A stretch of 64,000 nucleotides of DNA, taken from the NCBI RefSeq assembly GCF_009834535.1, contig NC_045697.1, positions 27,714,001-27,778,000 of the forward strand. The letters are read 5' to 3'. Numbering within the stretch: position 1 is the first letter of the stretch; every line of letters begins with the position of its first letter. A program made the translations under genes and the position numbers. This DNA is from Camelus ferus (Eukaryota). Below are positions 1 through 11,473 of this stretch, in pieces. Below the pieces are notes generated by a model. That model made no database searches. It worked only from the letters and a program-made list of their open reading frames with translations, and was not told where the DNA came from.

Positions 1-319
1 TGGACCATTTCAGCTGCAGAATCCACTGACCTAGCCATTGTCAACTAGTCAACTATTTACTTAGAACAAATAAAAACTAAATGAACTGTTCAAGTTTAAA
101 ATGTGCATGGCATCACTTTGCTGCCACGGTGATTATGACAATGTGAACTAGCTCCGTTGACCTGGGCCACAAGAAAATACAACCAATGCCAGCTCAGCAA
201 TGTCTAGATCTAGACATCTCCTTCCTGGAGTCATTCTTCTGCAAGGCCTCCCAGATGGGGTTTAGAGAGTTCTGGAGACAGAATGCTAGGAATAGCCAGC
301 TTAAATCAGGGCTAGATGA

Positions 320-420
320 GGAGCCAGCTTCATGGTCACCATTTTGAAATTTGTAATAATTTTTGAACAAGGAGCCCTATATTTTTATTTTGCACTGGGC
401 CAAATTATGTAGCTGGTCTC
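320..420 (+). mobile_element. MER91A-like hAT-Tip100 DNA transposon, internally deleted
   Basis: gagccagcttcatgg start and ttgaaatttgtaataatttttgaacaaggagccc...tttgcactgggccaaattatgtagctgg end match the remembered MER91A termini. Confidence 0.6.
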
Positions 421-617
421 ACTGAGACCTCTGAGTTGGTGGACGGGTGTGTGTGTGTGAAGAACCAAGGAACAAAAGTCAGGGATGCAAGTCATGCCCT
501 GCAGCAGCCTCCTCCATTTGGTGAGTTCTGGACTTTAAGCTCCATGGCCCTCAATGGACAATATCACCTCATGAGACTATGGCGTCATCTTGTAGTAAGA
601 AGAGTGCAAACTCAGAT

Positions 618-855
618 AGACCTGGAGCCTCACAGATCTGGTTCAAAACTTAACTCTACAATGGATCAGCCCTGGTGACTCTGGACAAGTTCCCCCACCA
701 CTGTATGCCTCTGTTTGCTCATCTATAAAATGGCAAAACCAACACACGTTGGATCTTGCAGGTCCCAGAGGGATACGTGAAAATCAAGTGAGGAAATGGG
801 TAGAGTGCCCAGAAGGGTACCCAGGACACGGTGAGAGCCTGGTAAACGTCTGCTT
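618..855 (+). mobile_element. MIR SINE
   Basis: Core gtgactctggacaagttc...gcctctgtttgctcatctataaaatgg and a MIR-type 3' part. Confidence 0.7.
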
Positions 856-3329
856 TAAATACGTAAGGTTATACTTTCACCAAGAGATCTTTAACAGAAT
901 ATGATAAGACCAGAAAATTTGTGCTAGATTATACAAAAGGGCAAACACTGGTGACTTTGACTTCTCTGTCTCAGAGAAGGCTCTGTGAGAAGTGACTCTT
1001 CTTTATTACCTCATATTGTTACTGCTGGTTCAAACGTTTTGTTGCTGTTGTTGCTGTTTTTATTGTAAATCTACTGTAATGGGAGCCAAAGCTTTTGACC
1101 TTACATTCAGAGTGAGCAGGATTTTGTAGGAAAAGGGAATGGGGTGGGTGGAGCTGTGGGGACAGACCCTGTAAAGGAGGCCAGGTGAGCCAAGCTCTGA
1201 CCAGACGTGGTCAGGTCAGCATATAGGATCTGGCCCCAGGAAACGTGACCATCTTCACGGTTTGCATTTTCTTTCTGTTCTAGAGAGTTGGGGAGAGGTT
1301 GGAGTGTTTATCTTCATTGGCTAAGTAAAGCCTCTTTTGACAGATTTTTACAGCAGATTGAGATTTGCCTTATTCTGCATCAAGATGGCTGAGAGGTCAG
1401 AGTGAGCCCAGAGGGTAGAGAAAATGGTGACAGCTATTGTGACCCTCTCCCCCTACAACCCCCAACCACCCCCTCTTCCTCTGTGGGCGGAGGAAGAGAG
1501 GGATGGGCTAGCCAGAAAAACTGATTCAGCCAACTCCTAAGGTCTTCTCTCAAGGGATAAATTTACCTCAGTCCATCACAAATAAAAAATCCAAGCAAAA
1601 GAAAATTTTACAGTCCTCAGCTTTCCCTCGTAGTCGGGCTAAAGGTCTGCAGTATTCTCAGTCGCATCCCCTTTGCCAGTGAAAATTCTTAGGCAAGACC
1701 GAGGCTATTTTAGAAGATGTTTACGCTGGTCCCTCCCAGGAAGTTACCTGAGGAGTCAGGCTGAGGAAGCTCCCCGTGTGCCAGGTGGCCACGCATTACG
1801 CTTGTTAATCACATCATTCACGGTGAGACTCTAAGGATATTCATGTGGATGACATACTTAGTTCTGATACAATCGCCAGTGATTTGGTGAGGACATTTTA
1901 AAAGGCACGGTAAAGCTTTTTAGACATAAGTAGAGCCAGTTTCTTTAGCAAGCACTTCAACTGCTAAATACTACCTCAGTGACGCTAAAACAGTAGACAT
2001 TTCAAAGATTTCCAAACTAAAACATCCAAGTGAAACTTAACTGGTGTTAAAGGAAAAACAACCAGTTAATACCCTGTTACTGACTGTCGGAAATTCTGGT
2101 GATGTAGCTTCCCTGTCCCCGGGCACCGAGGGCGCTATCTACAGAAGATAAGTGACTCAGAGCCAGCCCAGCCAAGCCCTGATTCATGATCCCCCCAACT
2201 CCACCCCTCTGGCCCCCCAAAAGAAAAAACTCAGAATTTCCTGGAGCAGCTGAACTCTAGCTACCCCGTATCCCACTCAATCACTCAGCCTTCTGGTGCG
2301 TCTTCTCCTCTGAATGTTGTTCCACCAAGCTGGGTCACGTAGATCATGCACCTTTCAAGTCAGACGTGCGATCCTGTGGCCCTGCTTGATTTACATCCAT
2401 GTTCATGGCACTTTGCTTAAAGATGCTTTCTGACAGCATTGGGAGTGGCTGAAGTTCCTTGAAACCCAACCCATTTTTCCTACTCCTCTCTCCCTTTTCA
2501 ACCGAGAGTGATGTGTATTTTTGCTTATTTTTAGCAAAGATCTATTTAATGGGAGCTGAAGGACTGGGTTGCATAATCAAGAGTCAGAGCAGGCAGACTC
2601 CATCCAGAAAGAAACAGCACAAGGAAACCCTGTTCAAGACCAACCTCCCTGCACATGAGGGTATCCCCGCTCCCCCAGGGATTGGCACTCAAGGTTAAAC
2701 TGTTTGCTAACATCTCCATCTGGTTTTCTTAATATCCTATTTGCCCCAGGAAACTTGGCTACCTTAAAACAAAGTTTACATTTCCCAAGAGACAGGTTAT
2801 AAAATGAAATCTTTTTCACTTTGGGGATTTGTTTGGCACAGGATCCCCACCACCACCACCTCACCCACCCCACCCCCAAACCTTGTTTTCCCACAAACAT
2901 CTAGCGGCATTACTAATTAATTATCCCACTGAAGCAAGAACAATGTGAGGAAGATGTACTTAGATCCAGCAGATAATCACATGGCCAGATTAAATTGAAT
3001 TCTGCCTAGAACTCTTTCAATACAGCACTTAAGAATCTAATTCTGGCTTCAGAGTAAGCCATAAAACAGGTCATTTAAACAAATGAAAAAAAAAAAAAAA
3101 ACCTAAGATATTATACACCATTTGTGTGACATGGTGTGTGTAGTAAAATGTTGACCAAGTCTTGGGCAGACGAGGGTCACGATCTCAGCAGACCCTGACA
3201 CTGCAACACTCAGTCTGCCACAGGAGAGACGCAGACACCACTCTCTGCTGTCCCTGAGTCAGTAGGTCCTCTCTTATAAAATGCAAAATAGTAACTGATG
3301 ACCCAAGGCCCACTCTTGTAACGTGGCAG

Positions 3330-3660
3330 CTAATTACCAGGTGCCCTGTTTATGGTTCTCAAACTGCTTTCCTTGGCTTAAAGTCGAGTCACCTCGCCAG
3401 CATAATTGAGTTGAGTATAGCCAAGCCAATGAAAGCCGGGCACTTAAGAGACTGTCACACCCAGGCCCAGCCCCAGCCTGGCCCCAGCCCAGCCCCACCC
3501 CAGGGCAGGCTTGGCCCCGGCCCCACCTGATCAAGCTACCGATTTGTCCTCAGGCAGGGACCTACAGAGCGCTCTGCGGGCGCCCTTGTTAGGACTTGTC
3601 ACTCCCGGGGACTAAGCGGGCCACCACTGCTGGGGTTTGTCTCTGGGGGCTATAAGGGCA
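3330..3660. promoter_or_regulatory. Promoter-like cassette (homeobox, CCAAT, C-rich tracts, TATA-like)
   Basis: TAATTA 3331-3336, TGTTTATGG 3347-3355, CCAAT 3426-3430, CCCAG/CCCCA tracts 3460-3527, CpG-containing palindromes 3565-3585, TATAAG 3651-3656; no repeat recognised. Confidence 0.45.
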
Positions 3661-4469
3661 CAAGAATTGCAACAGCTATGGCTTACTGTGTCCCTAAGCA
3701 CCTCATTGATCTTGATGGTAATGACAACAATGGAAAAAAATATTACCAATATATCTGAAATGTTCAAGGATGTTTCCCCAAGGTTCAGCTGGGTGTGGTT
3801 TTTACTTAATCTTGTCAGGATTACATGAAAACCATGCTTGTTAATTTTTAAACGTTAAGAATGACAGTTGATTGGTTACATAAGGGTTGTTTCTCAAGAA
3901 TTATTGTTTCTGAGCATGTATTTATTTAATCTTTTTAAAATTAAGCTTGTGATTTTCACAACTCATAATGTCAAATACAAGTTACCTGCTTTGATCTTAA
4001 TATGGTACATTAAGGTGTTTCTAAGAGTTGTATGCATTTCCGAAGTTTTATTTAATTAAATCAGGTACTGTATTTTTGAATGCTCACTTACTGCAAAGTT
4101 TAAAAGTTTTAAGATGCATAAAAATAGCTGATCCATATGTTAGAAACTGTAAGAAATGCAGAAAAAATTCTACTGAAGATCCAATGAATTCTGACTGCAA
4201 TGCTAGTCTGCAAAATGGAAGGAAGGCAGAGAACTTTGAAGAAAGAATGGAATAACAGGAAATAGCAAAAGCAAAATTGGGAGGATCCTGAAGAATTAGA
4301 AACATGAAATACTAATGATGCTCAAGTTGTAATCAGTGAGGAAGGAGATAACATAAGAAAGTTCCTTATGAATGGGAACAAGATATTGGAGAGAAATACT
4401 AAACATACCAAATAAAATATCAAATTTTTACATGATGGAAGTGTTTCACTCAATTCATTGTAAGTCAAA

Positions 4470-4860
4470 GACTAGCCAGATATTCACCAAACCCATTTTC
4501 CTCTTCTTCCTGGCACACAGCTAGACTACATTTCCCAGACTTCCTTGCAGTTAGCTGTGACCATGTGACTAAGTTCCAGTCAATGGAATGTGGGTCAGAA
4601 GATCTGTTCAGCACACCAAGGCTTGGCTGTAAGGCCTCCCATGCAATTCTCTATGCTCTTTCTCTCTTTACTCATCTCCTAGCCAAATGCTGAGGATTCA
4701 GTGGTAGACTCTGGGTCTCAAGGGCATAGTGGAGCTGCTGGATGAAAAGCACCGATCCTGCCAATTCAAGTTGGACTACAAGGCAAACATGAAATGAACC
4801 TCTGTTGTATTCAGCCCCTGAGCTATGGGGCTTGTTAGACTAGCCCAACTAACACACACT
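4470..4860 (+). mobile_element. MLT1I/J-like MaLR solo LTR
   Basis: ctacatttcccagacttccttgcagttagctgtgaccatgtgactaagttccagtcaatggaatgtgg motif and an LTR-type 3' end. Confidence 0.65.
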
Positions 4861-5269
4861 GAGGAGGCATCTCTTTAGGCTAATGAGTGTAAGATACATC
4901 CAAGGCAAAGTCACTAGGCTACTTGTATCAGGGCACATTTTGGGCACCATCACTGGTGCAAGATTATTCCACCCCTTGTCTTTAGCCAGGGACAATTTTA
5001 GGTTGTTCTTGTGAAGGTTTGATTATTGGACCCTTCAACATCTTGGACTGGTGAAGAACAAGATTATTCATTATGCTTAAAATAAAGAAAATAAACTAAT
5101 AAACAAATTGAATGAATGAACGAATGTGTGGCTATTTTATTATTAACAATTAAGGATACTAGTATAGTTATAGTTTTGTTTTTAAAACCGTAAAACATTT
5201 ATCAAATAACACTGAAGAGGGAAACATGAAATTTACCAAAGACCGTGTTCTCTCAAACCTGTATACTGT

Positions 5270-5460
5270 CTCCTGTGGGAATTCTCTCCATCCCCTAGAC
5301 TTAAAATAATAATAATCTATGTGTTGGCAATACTCAGATCTCTATCTCTAGCCAGATCTGTATCTCCAGCCCAGATTCTTCTCCTCAAAGTTAAATTATA
5401 TACACTTCCTGGAAAATTTCATTTGTGTGCCCAACATAACAGGCACTCAAATGAGTGAGT
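5270..5460 (+). mobile_element. L2 LINE fragment
   Basis: cagatctctatctctagccagatctg...ctccagcccag and acaggcactcaaat resemble L2. Confidence 0.45.
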
Positions 5461-5899
5461 TATTGAGCTACAAAGGACTAATAGAAATTACCTTTAATAG
5501 AGACTGTTGATTATCTTCTCAGCAGCAGCCCCCCTCCACCCACTTTTCCTTCCAAGGAAAACCCAGATTTGTGCCTACGGTTTCCCACACAGCAATGTCC
5601 CTGGGGGCAGCTGACCCTACTCTCAACTCCTGGGGCGGTATGTTTGGGCTAAGGGTAATCTGATGGTTCAGGAGTGGGCATCTGCCAATGGGATGTAAAG
5701 AGTTATCTGCTGGCAAGTTTCTGGGCAAAGTTTCCTTATTCTTTAGAGAGAAATACAAGAAAAGACAAAGAAGGAAAAAAAAATCACAAGAGAATGCATG
5801 TCTAGAGTAGAGCACAGAGATTAAGTTAGGGCTTTGTTTTGATTTGTTTTGTTTCATTCCTGTGGGTTTTTTGGGGTTTGTTTAGCGTTATGATTACCT

Positions 5900-6990
5900 T
5901 TTTTCCTTCCAGTTTTATTGAGATAAAATTATTGCACTGTGTAAGTCTAAGGTATACAGCCTAATGATTTGACTTTCATATAGCATGAAGTGATTATCAC
6001 AATAAGTTGAATTAACCTCTACCATCTCTTGTAGATGCAAAATTAAAGAGACAAGAAAATATTTTTCTCCTTGTGACGAGAATTAGGATGAACTCTCTTA
6101 ACAATATTCATATACAATGTACAGCCGTGTTAATTATATTCATCATGTTGCACATTACATCCTTAATACTTATCTATCTTATAACTGGAAGTTTGTACCT
6201 TTCATCCACATTTATCCAATTTCCCTTTCCCCCACCCCCGCCTCTGGTATCCAGAAATGTGATCTATTTTTCTATGAGTCTGTTTGTTTTTGAAATATAA
6301 CTGACCTATAACACTATGTTAGTTCCTGCTATACACCATAGTGATTTCATATTTCTATGCATTTCAAACTGATCACCATGATAAATCTAGTTCTGATCTG
6401 TCACCATACAAAGATATTATAGTTATTGACCATATTCCCCACACTGTACATTTCATACCAATTAATTATTTATTTTGCAACTGAAATTTTGTACCTTAGT
6501 CTCCCTCATTTACTTCTTTCCTCCCCCTAACTCCCTCCACTCTGGCAGCCACTTGTTTGTTCTCTGTATGTATAACTTTATTTATATTTTATTATATTTG
6601 TTCATCTGTGCTTTTTTACTCCACATATAAGTAAAGTAATACAGTATTCACCTTTCTCTGTATAGCTTATTTCACCTAGCAAAATACCCTCTAGGTCCAC
6701 CCACAAATGGCAAGGTTTCATTCTTTTCCATGGTCGGGTAATATTCCATTGAATATACGCACCACATCTTCTTTATCCATTCATTTATTGATGGACAGTT
6801 AGGTTGCTTTCATATCTTGGCTATTGTAAATAATGCTACAGTGAACATAGGGGTGCATATATCTTTTCTATTTAGTTTTTCATTTTCTTTGGATGATACC
6901 ACCAGGAGTGGTATTGCTAGATCAGAAGGTAGTTCCATTACTAATTTTCTGAAAAACCTCCATACTGTTTTCCATAGTAGCTGCTTCATT
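5900..6990 (-). mobile_element. L1 3' end, 5'-truncated (L1MA-age, laurasiatherian type)
   Basis: Antisense L1 3'UTR and ORF2 end: ttctttatccattcatttattgatggacagttaggttgctttcatatcttggctattgtaaataatgct; explains ORFs 6073..6300 and 6817..7041. Confidence 0.9.
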
Positions 6991-7080
6991 TCTGTATTTT
7001 CAATGTTTCTCTGTTATTTTGCTTTAAGATATTTCTTTTAAAACACATGGCTGGATTTTTAAAAATCTAATTTGATTATA

Positions 7081-7575
7081 CAAAACTTCTCAACTTACGA
7101 TGGGGTTACGTCCCAATAAGCCCACCATAAGTTGAAAATATGAAGCTGAAAATGCAGTTAATACACCTAACCTACAGAACACCCTGGCTTAGCCTAGCCT
7201 ACTTTGATCACACTCAGAACGCTTCTATTAGCCTACAGTTGGATAAATCACCTAACACAAAACTTATTTGATAATGAAGTATTACAAATCTCATGTAATT
7301 TATTGACTACTGTACTGAAAGTGGACAACAGAATGGTTGTCCAGGTATAGAATGGTTGTAAGCATATCAGTTTTTTTCCTCTGTGATCACGTGGCTGGTT
7401 GGGACCTGCAGCTCCCTGCCCAGCATCACGAAAGAGTATCATATCAGGTACTACCCAGGGAAAGATCAAAATTCAAAATTCAAAGTACAGTTTCTACTGA
7501 ATGCTTTATCACTTTAACACCATAGTAAAGTCAAAAAAATCATAAGTTGAACCATCGGGAGTCAGGGACTGTCTG
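7081..7575 (+). mobile_element. Tigger3 (Golem/MER7)-family DNA transposon, non-autonomous
   Basis: caacttacgatggggttacgtcccaataagccc start, aagttgaaccatcgggagtcagggactgtctg end, TA at both flanks (7079-7080, 7576-7577). Confidence 0.85.
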
Positions 7576-8473
7576 TACTTGATTTTCAATGCAGTCGTGT
7601 ATGTTTTTCAAAATAGTTTCTACCAGTTGCATCACTTTGGTATGAGAGGCAGGTGCTCAATTCACCATCTTGAAACTATGAGTCGTATCAACCATGAAAT
7701 CTTTATATATTTTTAAATTTTATGTAAACTTTATCATTAAAAGTTACAATAATACGTGTGTATTGAAATGGTGCCAGAATACATTTTATCTTTTTTTGTG
7801 TAGGAAGAATTCCAAAGTAAATAGATTACTAATGAAACTATTAGGACAGTGACATTAGGATAACATTCTAGGAACTTATAAGATTTTCTCTTTTTCTCAA
7901 AGATTTTACTTAAGAGTTAATAAAGTAAACCCTTAATTTCATCGACCATTAATGAAGTAAAACTATTGACTGATTTCATTTACCAGAATTTTATTTAAGC
8001 AAATGAAATAAATTTACCAAGCGATGAAAAATTTCAACCCTTGCTTTCTTGATACTTTGGTATACTTAGTAACAACTGTGCCACTAAAGGGGGAATATAA
8101 GCATGCCATTTGACAAAGCTTGAAAGAACAGAACTTGAGTTCAGAAATAACATCATCTCACAAATTTGAACCAGGAAAAGAATTCAACAGTTTCACAAAA
8201 CCCTCAAGGCCTAACTGCCGTTTGAAAAAAGTCTCCAAGCACCCACAGCTTTCTGTAGAAAGTCAGGAAGCTCTTTTTTGGTTCTAGTTATTTTCAAGCT
8301 AATTTTAACGGGGTCCTTGTGTCTCATATGGTGACCTTTGGGGCCACCTGGGGTGTTAAGGGATGGGAAGAGAGTAAGTGTCACTTTGGCCACGCCACCA
8401 CTTCAACTCAAATAACATCACTTTTCATTCATCTGTTTTATATAAGGTTTTACTTGAAAAAATGACTGTTACC

Positions 8474-8525
8474 AAAAAAAAAAAAAAAAAAAAAAAAGAG
8501 AGAGAGAGAGAGAGAAAGAGAAAGA
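8474..8525. repeat. poly(A) followed by (AG)n microsatellite
   Basis: About 24 A then AG repeats, read directly. Confidence 0.95.
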
Positions 8526-9029
8526 GCTGGTCTGGTCTAACATTTTTATCTTCAGCATAACTCAACCTAAGTTTTTATAGGCTTATGAAATGTGTTCTCT
8601 TTCAAACAGCTTCAGAAAATGGATTTTCCTTCAGGTTCTAGAGACGCCCATTTCTTGGTGGGGAATTCTTTAGTGTTTCCAGCCCAGTCCATCTATACTC
8701 AGCTATCAACGACCATGCATCTTTTTCATAATAACCCTTATTTATTTGAACATGATTATTCAACTACTGCTCTGCCTTCTCTGTTTCAGGCTAGATAAAT
8801 CCCATGTCATTTTATCCCTTTGTACAGAATCTCACTTCACTCATTTAAATCACCTCTGTGGGGTCCTCTTCTCTCTGAAACATCTCCAAATTTTTTATCT
8901 CCTTCTTCAATTTATTAAAGCCACAATGACATCCCCTGAGGCTCAGTAGGTGGAAAGGAAAAGCCATCCTTCTACTTGGCTCCTACAGGCATTAATTCGA
9001 TTCTTTCACCCTTCGAGATCACCTTGATG

Positions 9030-9465
9030 ATGGCAGAGGGTTAAAGATGGAAACAAATTCTTTGACACTCTTCCCATTGAGGTGTGATTAATTTCCCCTC
9101 CTCTCAGGTCTGAGCTGGGCTGCAACTAGCCAGTGACCCACACAGAACAGCAGTGTGATACTTTGCCAGGTTTGGACTCAGCCTTCAACAGGACTGGCAA
9201 CTTTCATCTTGGCCTCTTGGAACACTTGGAACACTCAGGCAGAAGTTGGCCATCATGTAAAAATAAAAATCAGGCTACCCTGAAATGACCATGTTGTAAG
9301 GAGGTCCCAGCTGTCATGTGGAGAGGTCACATGGCCAACAATGCCCCATCACCCCTAGATCTTCCAGCCATGTCAACCCAAGGCACCATGAGACCTATGA
9401 ATGAATTGCTGTGCTGTGCCTCTAACTTTTCAAGTGGTTTATTATGCAGCAAGATGACCAGAATG
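9030..9465 (+). mobile_element. MLT1G/H-like MaLR solo LTR
   Basis: ttaaagatggaaacaaattctttgacactcttcccattgagg start and gtggtttattatgcagcaagatgaccaga end. Confidence 0.7.
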
Positions 9466-9661
9466 GTGGGATTTTTTTCACCTTTGTGTTTGCTCTCCTT
9501 TCCTCTTCCCAGGGATCTTCCTGGATGCTGACACTAGGGCCCCCATAACCAAAGGGGATCATCCTAAGGATTCCAAGAATTAGCCCTACCTTATCCAGCA
9601 GCATGAACTTGTCCTCCTTCTTGACTTATGTCTTTTTAAAAATCTGTTTTTCAAGAATACC

Positions 9662-9917
9662 CTGACATTTGCAAAGGTTAACCACTATATATAAAAATAG
9701 TTTTAAAAAAACCAAATTTCTTCTGTATATAGCACAGGGAACTATCTTCAATATCTTTAATACCCTTTAATGAAAAAGAATATGAAAATGAATATATGCA
9801 TATATATGTGTGGCTGGGATATTATGCTATACATCAGAAATTGACAAATTGTAACTGACTATATTTCAATAAAAATTAATTAATTAATTAATTAAAAGAA
9901 CAAAAAATAAATAAAAG
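9662..9917 (+). mobile_element. L1 3' tail (cetartiodactyl/camelid type) with TSD
   Basis: tatagcacagggaactatcttcaata...gaaaaagaatatgaaaatgaatatat...aattgtaactgactatatttcaataaaaa plus A-rich tail; AGAATACC repeated at 9654-9661 and 9918-9925. Confidence 0.85.
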
Positions 9918-10904
9918 AGAATACCTCGATAGACAGTCCCCAACAGTGAGAATGTCTCTGTGAGTATATATTCTATTGCCATCTTTCCTTAAAACAGTGT
10001 TTCTGGCATCCAATTTATAGCTTGTTTTCCAAAGCTATTCATGTTCTGTGATGTTGTGGGTGAAGTTACAAGGTCCAGCACATTCCAAAATAAAACAATA
10101 GGCTTCTATTATTTGGTATTATATTAAGTCGTTTTAATTCTATGAGATAGATATATATACTTTAGGGGTTTTTCTGGGTCACGAAGGAAATCATAGCTGG
10201 GAAATTGTGCTACCAGTTTAAAACCCAGACATCTTAATTAATTCTTAGAAGATAGAAGACAGTACCAACAAAAGCAGGGAATTTGGGAGCTTTCTCTAAA
10301 CTGAGCTCATTTAAGTTACATACTTACATAGAGGCATTCAGTTTTGCATGGAGGTATAATAATCCTTCCAGTCCTATGTGACTCGGAGCCAGGGACACAT
10401 GGGAGCTGATGTCACCATTCCCCACTGGGCGGTGGTGTTTTGTTGTACCCTAAGAAGAGCAAATAACATAAAACACATTTACACATTCCCATCAGTAGAC
10501 ACTATCTGAGTGTCCAGTTTGGAGCTAATGTATCATAGAAATGACAATAAAAATTTCAAAAACAAAATACTTCACTTCCCCCACAGTTTTAGAACCAAAC
10601 TGTTTTGGGGGATTAGTTGCTCTGAGGGAGTAGAACTTAAGACCCACAGGCTAATAGACACTCAGTCACCTCACAGAGGACTTCCTCTGGATCCACAGAC
10701 TGCAGAAGGAAGGAGGCATACAGCATTAATGCTCAGCTATAGTGGACAGCATCAAAAATGTCTATTACGAGGACTTATTTTAGTTTCTGGTTTGCCTTAT
10801 AATTTATTTATTAATTTACAGAAGTTTTGTTTTTTTTTTAATTAGGGTAAGTAGTTAGATCTATTCCTTCAGGGTTTTTGTCTTTAATATTTAGACGGTC
10901 AGTC

Positions 10905-11038
10905 NNNNNNNNNNNNNNNNNNNNNNNNNNNNNNNNNNNNNNNNNNNNNNNNNNNNNNNNNNNNNNNNNNNNNNNNNNNNNNNNNNNNNNNNNNNNNNNN
11001 NNNNNNNNNNNNNNNNNNNNNNNNNNNNNNNNNNNNNN
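10905..11038. other. Assembly gap (134 N)
   Basis: Run of N. Confidence 1.
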
Positions 11039-11240
11039 GGATCCACTTCCTGGTTTGTAGATGATGCTTTTTCACTGCGTCCCCACGAGGTAGGAGGATT
11101 CAGGGAGCTCGTTGAGGTCTCTTTTATAAGAGCGCTAACCCCAGTCATGAGGAATCCACCCTCATGATCTAATCGCCTCCCAAAGCCCCGCCTCCTAAAA
11201 CTCCATCTCGGGGCGTTAGGATTTGGAAGGGACAAACATG
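11039..11240 (-). mobile_element. MLT1A-like MaLR LTR, cut by the gap
   Basis: ggtctcttttataagagcgctaaccccagtcatgagg...ccctcatgatctaatcgcctcccaaagccccgcctcctaa. Confidence 0.8.
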
Positions 11241-11381
11241 TGGCCCATGATGTCCTCCACAGCAGCCACTTCTTGGAGGAAGTCCCTCTACAGCGTGAGT
11301 GAATGAGGCCCAGACTTCTGAGCTGATATTATCTGGAGCAGAAAATCCCCAGCAAGGGCCATGTTATGACCTCATTTATTT

Positions 11382-11473
11382 ATAATATATGTAAGTCAGA
11401 TCATTATACTGTACACCTTAAACGTATGTAGTGTTATCTGTCAATTATATCTCAGTAAAACTGGGGTGGGGGA
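11382..11473 (+). mobile_element. Short L1MB-type 3' tail with 14-bp TSD
   Basis: tgtacaccttaaacgtatgtagtgttatctgtcaattatatctcagtaaaactgg; GACCTCATTTATTT at 11368-11381 and 11474-11487. Confidence 0.75.

Noticed and set aside
2115-2140. CTCF-like motif (caccgagggcgct) and partial matches at 13563, 17371, 32340
   Set aside because: Only about 9 of 14 core positions match
5900-6600. Two similar blocks within the L1 3'UTR
   Set aside because: Duplicated 3'UTR blocks are, from memory, a normal feature of laurasiatherian L1 subfamily consensus
7600-8240. AT-rich block possibly from an old hAT transposase
   Set aside because: Resemblance too weak to name by eye
10878-11235. ORFs spanning N runs (also 23185..23636)
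   Set aside because: Open only because N codons hide stops
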